A DNA stretch of 64,000 bases, taken from Oscillospiraceae bacterium. GTDB lineage: Bacteria > Bacillota > Clostridia > Oscillospirales > Oscillospiraceae. Position 1 is the stretch's first letter. Every line of letters starts with the position of its first letter. The position numbers and the translations under genes were made by a program. Below the pieces are notes generated by a model. The model did not search any database. It was not told where the DNA came from and worked only from the letters and a program-made list of their open reading frames with translations. This document shows, one piece after another, positions 18,842 to 28,048 of this stretch. The stretch covers positions 2,788 through 66,787 of the forward strand of contig JAFUNI010000001.1 in NCBI GenBank assembly GCA_017482385.1, in the 5' to 3' direction.

Positions 18842-19714
18842 ATCAAAAACAAGGTTTTGACAATCTGTATTGCCATTGGTGTGTTTCTGTTGGCCCTTGG
18901 CATGATTCTTTACCCCATCATCAGCACCATTTACAACGAAAAGCACCAATCTAAGATCCACACGCAGTATCAAGAGCAGGTAGAGCAGGTGGATGACAGC
19001 GCAATCCGCGAGGCAAGGGATCTTGCCATTGCCTACAATGAAGCAATCCAGCCGGGAGCGCAAATGAGTGATGCTTTCAGCAACGATGCCCTCCTGTGGG
19101 CGTCTGAGGATTATAAGAATCAGCTGAATGTTGCCGGGAATGGCATCATGGGATATGTCAACATCCCCTCCATCAATGTCCATCTGCCCATCTACCATGG
19201 GACGGACACAAAGACTCTGGAAAAAGGTATCGGTCACTTGCTTGGCAGTTCTCTGCCGGTGGGCGGCGATACGACCCACAGCATTTTGACCGCACACAGC
19301 GGCATGGCAAGTCAAAAGATGTTCTCCGACCTTCCGCAGCTGAAGATCGGGGATGTGTTTTATTTGGAGGTATTGGGTGAAACCCTAGCTTATCAAGTAG
19401 ACCAAATCAAGACGGTGCTGCCCTATGATGTCACCTATCTTGGAATTGAAGAAGGGCGTGATCTGTGTACTCTGGTTACCTGCACTCCTTTTGGTGTCAA
19501 CACCCACCGGTTGCTTGTTCGGGGAACCCGTATTCCTTATGAGGAAGCGGAGGAAATCGTGGAAGAAACCACCCCTGCAGATGTTAAGCCCGTGTCCACC
19601 TGGGAGCAGGAATACTTGAAGGGTTTGTATATCGGCTTGGCTGCGGTTGCTGCCATGGGACTTGCCGCATTGGGATACTGGATTTACCGGAGGTGTCGCC
19701 ATGCGAGTTCTTAA
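18842..19714 (+). CDS. class C (pilus) sortase 1
   Basis: Lid DAF, TAHSG, TLVTCTPFGVNTHRLLVRG, N- and C-terminal TM. Start placed at ATC 18842 by RBS spacing (ORF track gives TTG 18857). Confidence 0.9.
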   Translation: MKNKVLTICIAIGVFLLALGMILYPIISTIYNEKHQSKIHTQYQEQVEQVDDSAIREARDLAIAYNEAIQPGAQMSDAFSNDALLWASEDYKNQLNVAGNGIMGYVNIPSINVHLPIYHGTDTKTLEKGIGHLLGSSLPVGGDTTHSILTAHSGMASQKMFSDLPQLKIGDVFYLEVLGETLAYQVDQIKTVLPYDVTYLGIEEGRDLCTLVTCTPFGVNTHRLLVRGTRIPYEEAEEIVEETTPADVKPVSTWEQEYLKGLYIGLAAVAAMGLAALGYWIYRRCRHASS

Positions 19715-20462
19715 AGGCGTAATCGCTTTTATTATGATCCTGCTGTTCTCCTGTGGCTTTTCCATCTTTGCTTATCCCTATATTCATAACTATGTTGTGG
19801 AAAAGGATATGCAGGAACAGGTACAGGACTTTTGGGATCAACTTGGTACAGATCCCACAACGCAGGATACTCTCCCCACAGAAGTACCCACTGCACCTAC
19901 AGAACCCACATTGCCACCCAGAGAGCATGAAGCACTTTGGGAAGATATGCTGGCTTATAACCGTCAGATTTGGGAAGAAAAGCAGGCCGGGCTATGTGAT
20001 CCTTGGTCCTATCAACAGCCTTCCTTTACCTTGGGCGAGTACGGACTGGAAGATGAAGTGTTCGGTGTGATTTCCATTCCAGCGCTGGATTTGGAAATGC
20101 CGCTGTATCTTGGTGCGACCTCCGCACACATGGCGAAGGGTGCTGCCCACCTGTCCCAGACCAGCCTGCCCATTGGCGGCATGAACACCAACTGCGTGAT
20201 TGCCGGTCACAGAGGGTACAACGGTGCTGCTTACTTCCGGTATGTAACGGAACTGAAACCCGGTGATGAAGTCATCATCACAAATCTCTGGGAAACCATG
20301 ACCTACGTGGTAACAGATACCAAGATCATCATGCCCAACGAAGTCGAACAGATATTGATCCAGGAAGGAAGGGATATGATCACGCTGCTTACTTGCCACC
20401 CCTACGCATCCGGCGGAAAGCAGCGTTACCTGGTCTTCTGTGACCGCGTACCAACTGAATAA
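19701..20462 (+). CDS. class C sortase 2
   Basis: GGAGGTG RBS, lid DPW, IAGHRG, TLLTCHPY...R; no C-terminal TM. Confidence 0.88.
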   Translation: MRVLKGVIAFIMILLFSCGFSIFAYPYIHNYVVEKDMQEQVQDFWDQLGTDPTTQDTLPTEVPTAPTEPTLPPREHEALWEDMLAYNRQIWEEKQAGLCDPWSYQQPSFTLGEYGLEDEVFGVISIPALDLEMPLYLGATSAHMAKGAAHLSQTSLPIGGMNTNCVIAGHRGYNGAAYFRYVTELKPGDEVIITNLWETMTYVVTDTKIIMPNEVEQILIQEGRDMITLLTCHPYASGGKQRYLVFCDRVPTE

Positions 20463-20479
20463 ATTAGGAGGCGATTTTT

Positions 20480-20731
20480 ATGTTTGTTGATAGAAATCTT
20501 GTTCAAAGAATGAAGGATCAATATCCTCCCGGCACACGAATCGAACTGGACTTCATGGGTGATGATCCCCGTCCTATTGCTCCCGGCACAAAAGGTACGG
20601 TAAGAATCGTGGACGACATGGGTACCGTCCATTGCGATTTTGACAATGGCCGTCGCCTGGGTCTTATTCCTGGCGAGGATTCCTTCCATGCAATCACCGA
20701 AAGAACACGATCTGACAGAGACGCGAGGTGA
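20480..20731 (+). CDS. DUF4314-like ICE protein
   Basis: YPPGTRIEL..M.DD...PGTKGTV..VDD.GT.H..FDNG..LG pattern; ends RSDRDAR. Confidence 0.75.
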   Translation: MFVDRNLVQRMKDQYPPGTRIELDFMGDDPRPIAPGTKGTVRIVDDMGTVHCDFDNGRRLGLIPGEDSFHAITERTRSDRDAR

Positions 20732-20736
20732 ACGAT

Positions 20737-21702
20737 ATGGAGATGACTATGCGTCCCATGACTGAAATGGAGCAAATGTATTGCTACACCCAATCTCAGC
20801 AACTCATGGCCACTACCGGGTGTATCGGTCACTTGCGAGGTGATCTGGACAGTACCGGAGAACAGTTTCACTCCTCATGGGATGACCATCAAGCACAGCA
20901 TAAGACGCAGGAATTCAAAGATGAATTTGATGCTGTAATCAGTGCGCTTCGCACCGATCGGAATTTAGGCGCTCTTCTGGAAAGCCGAAGAACATTATCC
21001 AACTACTGTTGGACGCATCCTGATGCCAGGATTGTAGCTGGCTATGACGATTATGGTTTCCGGCTGGATACCGCAGAGCACACGTATATGCTCAGATTCA
21101 ATCCCAAGCCGGGCATGTATAACATCTACTGTTACTGCTATAAACGGGATTGGCTGGATCAGCACCTGCAGCAGGCGGCGAAGGGAATTCGTTTTATTGA
21201 TAGTCACTACAACGAGAAATTCCGCATTGCTGACGGAGAGAAAGTGCGCATCATCACTCCCGGTGGGGATTACCGCGATGTGCGTGTTCGCTATATTGAT
21301 GATTATCATATTGAGACCCAAGCTGAATGGGGCAACACACTGTATCACATCTGTGAGTTTGCAGAACGGTTTGAGGCACGGGGTTGTCAGGATATCTTCC
21401 CGTTAAGGTCCAATTTACCGGACCGATGCTATAGTATCCTAGAATCCACCGGCGATATCATCATTATCGCCAAGGGAGAAAAGGGCTATTATCACGTTGA
21501 GGTCACTGAGAATACCAAGGAAGAAAACCGCCGCTTCGTAGATAGCCAGAACGCTAAGCTGGGAATCACCAGAGGCCAGGAAGAGGCAATGAAGGCTGGA
21601 TCCATGTTTGGCTGGTTAGTTCCTGCTGCAGACCCCAAAAACTACGATGACAACGGAAGACCAATTCCCCCGACAAGAAAAGACCGGGGCGATGCAAGAT
21701 GA
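20737..21702 (+). CDS. conserved ICE hypothetical protein
   Basis: GAGGTG RBS; GCIGHLRGD N-terminal motif and AMKAGSMFGW C-terminal motif recognised from Firmicute ICE proteins; ends RKDRGDAR. Confidence 0.7.
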   Translation: MEMTMRPMTEMEQMYCYTQSQQLMATTGCIGHLRGDLDSTGEQFHSSWDDHQAQHKTQEFKDEFDAVISALRTDRNLGALLESRRTLSNYCWTHPDARIVAGYDDYGFRLDTAEHTYMLRFNPKPGMYNIYCYCYKRDWLDQHLQQAAKGIRFIDSHYNEKFRIADGEKVRIITPGGDYRDVRVRYIDDYHIETQAEWGNTLYHICEFAERFEARGCQDIFPLRSNLPDRCYSILESTGDIIIIAKGEKGYYHVEVTENTKEENRRFVDSQNAKLGITRGQEEAMKAGSMFGWLVPAADPKNYDDNGRPIPPTRKDRGDAR

Positions 21703-21711
21703 GGTAAGAAT

Positions 21712-22086
21712 ATGAGCTACGGAAAAAACGCAAAAGATCTTCGTTTTCAAACAGTAACCGTTTTCGGCACTCCCATGCTTTTTACTGAAAGCTATGTGGA
21801 TCCCGAATCGCTGCCCAAAGGCGTCTATCAATACCTGGTTAGGCACCATAGTGAGGATCTGGAGAAGCCTGTTCAAATCACTGATTGGGCTGTCGTAAAC
21901 CGCATGGGATCTTTGCTGACCACAGAAGCCATTGCTTTGGACAATGTCCCCGGCAGTTACGTGAAGAAACGTTCTGTCGATGCTGAAAAGGACTGGGAGT
22001 GGAACGGTTACTTTGTGAAGCTTCATGAGTATCTGGAGCGTTATCCTGTTCAACGAACTGCAGCCGATAGGAGTGATGTAAGATGA
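21712..22086 (+). CDS. LPD28-like domain protein
   Basis: VFGTPMLFT...LPKGVYQY.VRH...VVN.MG..LT pattern; ends DRSDVR. Confidence 0.6.
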   Translation: MSYGKNAKDLRFQTVTVFGTPMLFTESYVDPESLPKGVYQYLVRHHSEDLEKPVQITDWAVVNRMGSLLTTEAIALDNVPGSYVKKRSVDAEKDWEWNGYFVKLHEYLERYPVQRTAADRSDVR

Positions 22087-22265
22087 AATATATCGTCGAT
22101 GTCAAAGACATTAGTTATGGCAGAATTGAAGTTGAGGCCGATTCTGTAGAGGAAGCTCAAGAAAAAGCCGAAGAAATGTATTTCAGTGGGCAGGTGCATT
22201 GGGCTGATTGTGATGTCAGCTATGAGGCCCGACCTGACTATAGAGAGCGAAGTGATGCACGATGA
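22083..22265 (+). CDS. DpnD/PcfM-like small protein
   Basis: KYIVDV...IEVEADSVEEAQEKAEEMY; ATGA overlap; ends RERSDAR. Confidence 0.65.
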   Translation: MKYIVDVKDISYGRIEVEADSVEEAQEKAEEMYFSGQVHWADCDVSYEARPDYRERSDAR

Positions 22266-22834
22266 GCCTAAACACCGCCGAAGGAAACTTCGAGTTCATT
22301 ATATGGTCCAACGAACACTACGACTGGGCAAACTGGCGCGAAGCTTTTGAAGAGGACTATTCAGATGCTTCTGACGAAAAGAAGTATCAGTTAATGAGCG
22401 ATCTGAACGCCGAATATCTTGAAGACGAGCGTAGGGAGATGGATGTCCAAGTTGGATCTCCCATTATTGTGATTGCTGATATTGGCAGATGGGATGGCCG
22501 CCATACTGGATATCGAGAAATCGAAAGCGGCTGTTTGAAAGATTGCCTCTACACGGAGCTGGACGGTGTAACCTGGTATGTAGACAACCGTGGTGATTTC
22601 CGTATGGACGGCTACCATCATGACGGTCACAACTATTACCTCTACCGGCGTTATCGGGACAATACTACACCTGAAGCCATCGAAGAATTCCAGGGCAAGA
22701 TCCTGGACCATACGCTGACAGAGGAAGACATCGACAGAGTAACTGTCCGGCTGGGCGATGATATTTCTAAAATCTATGGGTTTACTCTACCGGATCAAAT
22801 AAAAAGTAATCGTGAAAGGAGCGATGCGAGATGA
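22262..22834 (+). CDS. ICE hypothetical protein
   Basis: ATGA-coupled 190-aa ORF; ends RERSDAR. Confidence 0.7.
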   Translation: MSLNTAEGNFEFIIWSNEHYDWANWREAFEEDYSDASDEKKYQLMSDLNAEYLEDERREMDVQVGSPIIVIADIGRWDGRHTGYREIESGCLKDCLYTELDGVTWYVDNRGDFRMDGYHHDGHNYYLYRRYRDNTTPEAIEEFQGKILDHTLTEEDIDRVTVRLGDDISKIYGFTLPDQIKSNRERSDAR

Positions 22835-23265
22835 AGGAAAACGCAGTCTGCTGCGGAGCGGCATTCAAGGATGGGATGGCCTGCTCTGTATGCGAGAGAC
22901 ACTATGTGCGGGATATGGATAAGAAATCCGCAATTTGCATGTATTTGAAGAATAGCCATACTGGGAAGAGCCGAGCAATCCACAGTCGGGATTTGCAGCG
23001 GCTCTTTTCTATTGACGGGAGAACGCTACGGCGTAAAATCAGCGCACTGCGGCAGGATGGATATCCCATCTGCAGCGATGAGACCGGTTATTACTACGCT
23101 GATAATCAAAAGGAGATCAACGATACTGTGTATCGGCTCAATGGCTTGGTGACGAAGGTCTCCAATGCCAGAACCGGCCTGTTGTTCGCATCTATTTTCC
23201 CTGCGCCGGTTAATGTGGAAATCACTGTTTGCGTAAATGGAGGTGACGTCTGTGGCAATGCCTGA
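22831..23265 (+). CDS. winged-HTH-like DNA-binding protein
   Basis: AIHSRDLQRLFSIDGRTLRRKISALRQDGYPICS..GYY resembles a wHTH; start uncertain. Confidence 0.55.
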   Translation: MKENAVCCGAAFKDGMACSVCERHYVRDMDKKSAICMYLKNSHTGKSRAIHSRDLQRLFSIDGRTLRRKISALRQDGYPICSDETGYYYADNQKEINDTVYRLNGLVTKVSNARTGLLFASIFPAPVNVEITVCVNGGDVCGNA

Positions 23266-24679
23266 ATTTTTGGACCAGGACAGATTCTATCTGGATCTGG
23301 AAAACAATCAAATCGAATGGATGTATCATAATCCTGACTCTGCAACACAAGGGCAGTTTGTGATCAACGTGTTTGGAATATCGCTGTTAGAGGCGGCGTT
23401 AACGGACGCACTGGATGTTGAGGATGCGTTTGATTATATTGGAAGCAATTGTAGGCAGTATCTGGCTGACAAGGGAACAGAAGCTTATGGTGAAGCATGG
23501 CGTCGGATGGAGACAGAGGTGCCTTTTGCTGTAGACTGCAGCTTTACTACTCTGGAGCAGCTACAATTGGCCTTCCAAGCTAAGGATCTAATCAATCAGT
23601 ATTGCCAGGAAGAGTTCGGATCTGACGCTGACTTTGCTGACCTGCGTCAAATCGGAATTGGCTACACGACCATTACTGATGCAGAGCATGACATTCAGGC
23701 TTACGCCAACCTGATTGACCATCGTATTGAGGTTCACCTTAACTGGGTAGTGGCGCAGTATTACCAGTATGAGTCTTTGGCAGACATGGTCACGAATGGT
23801 CTTCCGGAACTGGACTTTGATAGTCTGACGTATCTTCCGGAATGGCTTGTTAAGAACCATGTTAGGAATGTTGATTTGGATCGCATCGCTACAAGGCTCA
23901 CACTCTTTATGAAAAGCTATCAACCCAAAGCTTATGAGGAAACCATGGAACCTGGCGATACAGATGCAGATATGATTTCACGGATGAAGGCGGATCTGCG
24001 AGATCCGGATGTGATCCCGGAAGTGATTACGGAAATCGACGAAATTGTCAAGGAAGGCGACCTTACTGAAAAAGAAAAGTACGAGTGCCGTTCTATTATG
24101 ACGGGCCTGTACCACCTGTATGCAGAGGATATGTATGTTCCGGTCTATGACCGGGAGACTGACATTCTTTTCGAAGCCTTTGAAAAAATGGGGTTACAGG
24201 ATCTGGATATCGGCTTCGGTGATGAAGGTGTTTCTGTGAAATCCCAGGCTGGACACTGGCAGGGAATGGGGATCTACACCCATCTTAGCGATATACTGCC
24301 AGTAGAAAAACTCCAGCAGCTGCGAGACGAGTATTTTGGATGCTTTATCGACCTTCGGGATATAGCGCACCATTATGGTGTGATGCTCGGTTATGATATA
24401 GATCCTCTTCCTGTGGCTCGCTTGGATTTCCTTGGAGCAAACGGAAAAGTAGGAGAGCGGATCGAATATTTCACTGAGGCAGATTTCCTGAATGCTGTGC
24501 ACGAGGAGCTGGACGCCGGTGTGCCGCTGGCAGTAGTTTTGTATCGCGATCCTTGCGGAAAGCGAATCTCGCGTGATTTCCTGAATGATGTGGGTACACT
24601 CCCCAAGGGTCTTACCGAAGAAGAGGTTTCGTATATGATACCGGCGAAGAGCATCCGTGAGAGGGGTGAATCAAGATGA
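23252..24679 (+). CDS. acidic multi-domain ICE hypothetical protein
   Basis: GGAGGTG RBS before GTG 23252; long open frame; ends RERGESR. Confidence 0.7.
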   Translation: MAMPEFLDQDRFYLDLENNQIEWMYHNPDSATQGQFVINVFGISLLEAALTDALDVEDAFDYIGSNCRQYLADKGTEAYGEAWRRMETEVPFAVDCSFTTLEQLQLAFQAKDLINQYCQEEFGSDADFADLRQIGIGYTTITDAEHDIQAYANLIDHRIEVHLNWVVAQYYQYESLADMVTNGLPELDFDSLTYLPEWLVKNHVRNVDLDRIATRLTLFMKSYQPKAYEETMEPGDTDADMISRMKADLRDPDVIPEVITEIDEIVKEGDLTEKEKYECRSIMTGLYHLYAEDMYVPVYDRETDILFEAFEKMGLQDLDIGFGDEGVSVKSQAGHWQGMGIYTHLSDILPVEKLQQLRDEYFGCFIDLRDIAHHYGVMLGYDIDPLPVARLDFLGANGKVGERIEYFTEADFLNAVHEELDAGVPLAVVLYRDPCGKRISRDFLNDVGTLPKGLTEEEVSYMIPAKSIRERGESR

Positions 24680-24762
24680 AGCGAGAAATAATCTTTATTG
24701 ATGAGGAGACCCTCACTCCGGAAGAATTGGAGGTAATCGACGATGGCGAGACCGAAGAATAA
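24676..24762 (+). CDS. possible 28-aa acidic peptide bridging to ardC
   Basis: ATGA overlap with the upstream stop; MKREIIFIDEETLTPEELEVIDDGETEE; contains the ardC RBS. Confidence 0.3.
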   Translation: MKREIIFIDEETLTPEELEVIDDGETEE

Positions 24763-25753
24763 GGATGAGTACCGTGCGGAGCTGGCAGAGACCTTCGCGC
24801 ATGTCCTTGAAGAGCGTGGGCTGGAATGGCGCAAGGAATGGCGCGGTTCCGGTGGTGATGCTCCGCATAATGGCATTACCAAGGCCTGCTACCGTGGAAG
24901 CAATGCATTCTGGTTGTCCTTGATTTCTATGATGAAGGGATATACTGATCCCCGCTGGGTTACTATGGTTCAGATTATGGACAATGATGGCAAGTACCAT
25001 CCAAAACAGAAATGGCACCTGAAGGCGGGTTCCAAGGCGACCTACGTTGAATATTGGTACCCCTATGATATTCCCAATCGCAAGGCACTCACCTGGGATC
25101 AGTATAAGCAGGAAATCGCAGATGGAAGAAGCGACTCTGAATTTAAGCTCTCAACCCGATACACCGCAGTGTTCAATGCTTGCGAAGTGGAAGGCATGCC
25201 AGAGATCCCTGTATTTGAGGAAGCAGATATTACGCAGGATGAGCTGATTGCAAAGCTCAGCGCCGGTATGGAGGTCGAAATTCTGACTGATGGCGGCGAC
25301 CGTGCTTACTATTCTCCTTCGCAGGACAAGATTCATTTGCCGACTCCCGGATCGTTTACAAGTGAATATGCCTTCAATGCAACAGCTCTCCATGAGTTGG
25401 CGCATTCCACCGGCCACCCTTCACGACTCAACCGTGACATGGGTGGCTTTTTTGGTAGCTCCGAATATGCCTATGAGGAACTGGTAGCCGAGATGTGCTC
25501 CTGCTTTATGGGCATCAACCTGGACCAAACGGCTTCGCAGGCTCATATCGATAACCACAAAGCATATGTTCAGTCCTGGATTCAAGCTATTCGTGATAAG
25601 CCTGAAACGCTGATTCGAGCAATCAAGGATGCGCAGTCGGCAGCGCTTTTCATGGATTGGAAAGCTGGACTTATCACCGATATGGAGTATTCTAAGGGCG
25701 CAGGTTCCGCGATGGAGATTACTGTGCGCAGCAGAGATCGGGATGCCAGATAA
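24743..25753 (+). CDS. ardC: ArdC-like antirestriction protein (ssDNA-binding DUF1738 + zincin domain)
   Basis: W..EW...PHN...YRGSN..W...DPRWVT..Q N-domain; HELAHSTGH and YAYEELVAE metalloprotease motifs; ends RSRDRDAR. Confidence 0.85.
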   Translation: MARPKNKDEYRAELAETFAHVLEERGLEWRKEWRGSGGDAPHNGITKACYRGSNAFWLSLISMMKGYTDPRWVTMVQIMDNDGKYHPKQKWHLKAGSKATYVEYWYPYDIPNRKALTWDQYKQEIADGRSDSEFKLSTRYTAVFNACEVEGMPEIPVFEEADITQDELIAKLSAGMEVEILTDGGDRAYYSPSQDKIHLPTPGSFTSEYAFNATALHELAHSTGHPSRLNRDMGGFFGSSEYAYEELVAEMCSCFMGINLDQTASQAHIDNHKAYVQSWIQAIRDKPETLIRAIKDAQSAALFMDWKAGLITDMEYSKGAGSAMEITVRSRDRDAR

Positions 25754-25814
25754 TTTGCACATTTTTCTTTTTCTCATAACTCCCGTATAATAAAAGAAAA
25801 ACGGAGGTTGTATC

Positions 25815-25970
25815 ATGAGATTTAAGAAAGCACAGAAGCGCATCGTTGAGCTAAGCCCTGCAGAAGTAAGATTGCTCCGATATGCACTCATGCAGTTCCG
25901 GAATAAGGTCCTGTGTGCTGGAAAGCCCACAGAGGACATTGACGAAATGCTCATCAAAGTAACACGCTGA
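25815..25970 (+). CDS. 51-aa small protein, paralog of 31686..31877
   Basis: GGAGG RBS; translated by hand as MRFKKAQKRIVELSPAEVRLLRYALMQFRNKVLCAGKPTEDIDEMLIKVTR; below the ORF-track cutoff. Confidence 0.7.
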   Translation: MRFKKAQKRIVELSPAEVRLLRYALMQFRNKVLCAGKPTEDIDEMLIKVTR

Positions 25971-26059
25971 ATTTCGCATATAGTAGACATTCCTGAGGTA
26001 CACCTCATGGTCACACGCCTAATGCCGCAGTAAGGTGATCTGCGGAGGGAGGTGAGCCG

Positions 26060-26206
26060 ATGGACTACAAGCTATTTTTGTCCCTTGTCATCGATGAGCT
26101 GGAATATATCCAGCCATTCGATTTCGAGGGTGAGTATGAACTAATGAAGGCCGCAGGAGCACTGGTTGTCCTGAAGGAGTATATCGAAGCGAAAATCAAC
26201 AAGTAA
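26060..26206 (+). CDS. 48-aa small hypothetical protein
   Basis: GGAGGTG RBS; MDYKLFLSLVIDELEYIQPFDFEGEYELMKAAGALVVLKEYIEAKINK. Confidence 0.55.
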   Translation: MDYKLFLSLVIDELEYIQPFDFEGEYELMKAAGALVVLKEYIEAKINK

Positions 26207-26213
26207 ACAGAGG

Positions 26214-26254
26214 AAAAAGATGCCGTGGAGAATAAAAACTTCACGGCATTTTTC
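26214..26254 (+). terminator. intrinsic (possibly bidirectional) terminator inside the ICE
   Basis: A-tract, ATGCCGTGGAG-N8-CTTCACGGCAT, then TTTT. Confidence 0.75.
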
Positions 26255-26276
26255 TGTTCTCGGAAAGGAGGTCAAA

Positions 26277-26774
26277 ATGTTAAATGGCGCTTTGTATATG
26301 GCGTTTCTGTTCCTTGCAAAAATGATGGATAATGCACTGAGCACAGCGAAAACCATATTGATTCAGCGAAACCGTTGTTTGCTTGCAGGCGTATGTTTAG
26401 CTGTTTCAAACTATATCTATCTGCTCATCACAAAGGATGTTGTCTCTTCAGATAGCAATCTTGCAATGATAGTCGTATCCGTAGCCAGTGGTGTCGGATG
26501 CTGCTTAGCGGTTGCAGTGAGCAACAAATTCTCCAAGGAAAAAACCTATGTGAATGTCATTATGTCAGACAATCGGGAAGCTATGCAGGCGTTTAGAGAT
26601 TTCCTGGCAGAGCGCCATATCACCAATGTGACCACAGATAGTTACACGTTGGACTGGGAAACCAAGACAATCACTATAACCGCCTATGCTGAAACCAAAG
26701 AACAGCACCGGCTTATTGGCCAATATATCGAAAATAGTCCGCTGAAATTCAAACGGGTTATTCAGAAGGCGTAG
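26277..26774 (+). CDS. UPF0316/DUF5698-like membrane protein
   Basis: GAAAGGAGG RBS; three hydrophobic helices (FLFLAKMMDNALSTAKTILI...) plus a small soluble C-domain. Confidence 0.6.
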   Translation: MLNGALYMAFLFLAKMMDNALSTAKTILIQRNRCLLAGVCLAVSNYIYLLITKDVVSSDSNLAMIVVSVASGVGCCLAVAVSNKFSKEKTYVNVIMSDNREAMQAFRDFLAERHITNVTTDSYTLDWETKTITITAYAETKEQHRLIGQYIENSPLKFKRVIQKA

Positions 26775-26785
26775 AAAGGAGATAT

Positions 26786-27109
26786 ATGGCGGAAGAAATA
26801 TATGCAAAGCTCTACGATCGGTTGTACGCCGAACAGGAGAAGTATGTGGAATGGCTGCTTTCTCAGCCACGCATCGAGATTATGCGGCAAAGCTATGAGT
26901 TTGCAATGCGTGAGGATATCCTCATGATTTTTGAGAATGCAGAAATTGAGCCGGAACACGCACAAGCATTGTTTGATAAGGGAACCACCCTAGCTGACTT
27001 GTTCCATGAGTTCGAGGATCTTGAAACAAACCACATGCAAACCATTCGAGATATGATCGAAGGGCGAGCGAAAAATATCATTCGCGAGGGCGAGAAAGGA
27101 GATCGGTAA
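26786..27109 (+). CDS. DUF3848-like protein
   Basis: LYDRLYAEQEKYVEWLLSQP..EI...YE...REDI pattern. Confidence 0.7.
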   Translation: MAEEIYAKLYDRLYAEQEKYVEWLLSQPRIEIMRQSYEFAMREDILMIFENAEIEPEHAQALFDKGTTLADLFHEFEDLETNHMQTIRDMIEGRAKNIIREGEKGDR

Positions 27110-28048
27110 ATGCCCTATATTAATGCAGAAGACATTATGGCTGCAAGGCAGGTTGATTTGCTGTCCTATTTGCAAACCTATGAGCCCAACGAGCTGGTGC
27201 ATCTTCAAGGCAACACCTACTGTACCCGTGAGCACGATAGTCTGAAGATCAGCAACGGAAAGTGGCATTGGTTTTCTCGCGGTATCGGTGGCCGAACCGC
27301 TCTGGATTATTTGGTGAAGGTCAAAGAAATGTCTTTCCCTGATGCGGTAAGACTCTTGACAGGAGCTCCGATTCAGACCTATGTGCCACCTAAGGAGCAT
27401 AGGACCCCAAAGGAAAGAAAACTGCTGCTTCCTGAAGTTGATACCAACTGTGAAGAAGTTAGAAAGTATCTTCAGGGACGTGGAATTCATCCTACCATCA
27501 TCGATTACTGTATCGAGAATAAACTTCTTTTTCAAACAGCCAACTATAAGAACGCTTTGTTTGTTGGCTACGACGGCGAAGGGAAGCCTCGCTATGGGGC
27601 GCTTAGAAGTACCTTCAGCGCCTATAAATCGGAGGCCACCGGCAGTGACAAGCGCTACTCCTTTTCCATTATGGCTAGCACCACGGCGGATACGGTGCAT
27701 GTTTTTGAGTCCGCAATTGACTTGTTAAGCTTTGCAACGCTGCAGCTTTACGAAGGTGGCGATTGGAAAAGTCAAAACCTGCTGTCTTTGGCGGGTGTCT
27801 TTATGCCGAAGCGCCAGGGTGTTGTGCCTGTGGCATTGAGCAGGTTTTTAGACGAGAATCCTCAAATCAAAACGATCCGGCTGCATCTGGATAATGATGA
27901 GGTTGGACGTGCCGCTGCAGTTGGCATTGCGGAAGGGCTTGCAGATTACACTGTTATCGACGAGCCGCCCGGTAGCGGTAAGGATGTAAACGAGCAGCTC
28001 CAGCTTAAGGTTGGGCTTATTAAACGGAAGGAGGACAGAGAACGCTAA
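27110..28048 (+). CDS. DUF3991 + Toprim domain protein (primase-like)
   Basis: EHDSLKI...W.WFSRGIGG..ALD; YLQGRGI; VFESAIDLLS; LHLDNDEVGR. Confidence 0.82.
   Translation: MPYINAEDIMAARQVDLLSYLQTYEPNELVHLQGNTYCTREHDSLKISNGKWHWFSRGIGGRTALDYLVKVKEMSFPDAVRLLTGAPIQTYVPPKEHRTPKERKLLLPEVDTNCEEVRKYLQGRGIHPTIIDYCIENKLLFQTANYKNALFVGYDGEGKPRYGALRSTFSAYKSEATGSDKRYSFSIMASTTADTVHVFESAIDLLSFATLQLYEGGDWKSQNLLSLAGVFMPKRQGVVPVALSRFLDENPQIKTIRLHLDNDEVGRAAAVGIAEGLADYTVIDEPPGSGKDVNEQLQLKVGLIKRKEDRER

Noticed and set aside
12819-19315. Long minus-strand ORFs 12819..15296 and 16523..19315
   Set aside because: Mirror frames of the adhesin and pilin genes; similar shadows occur over virB4 and mcrB
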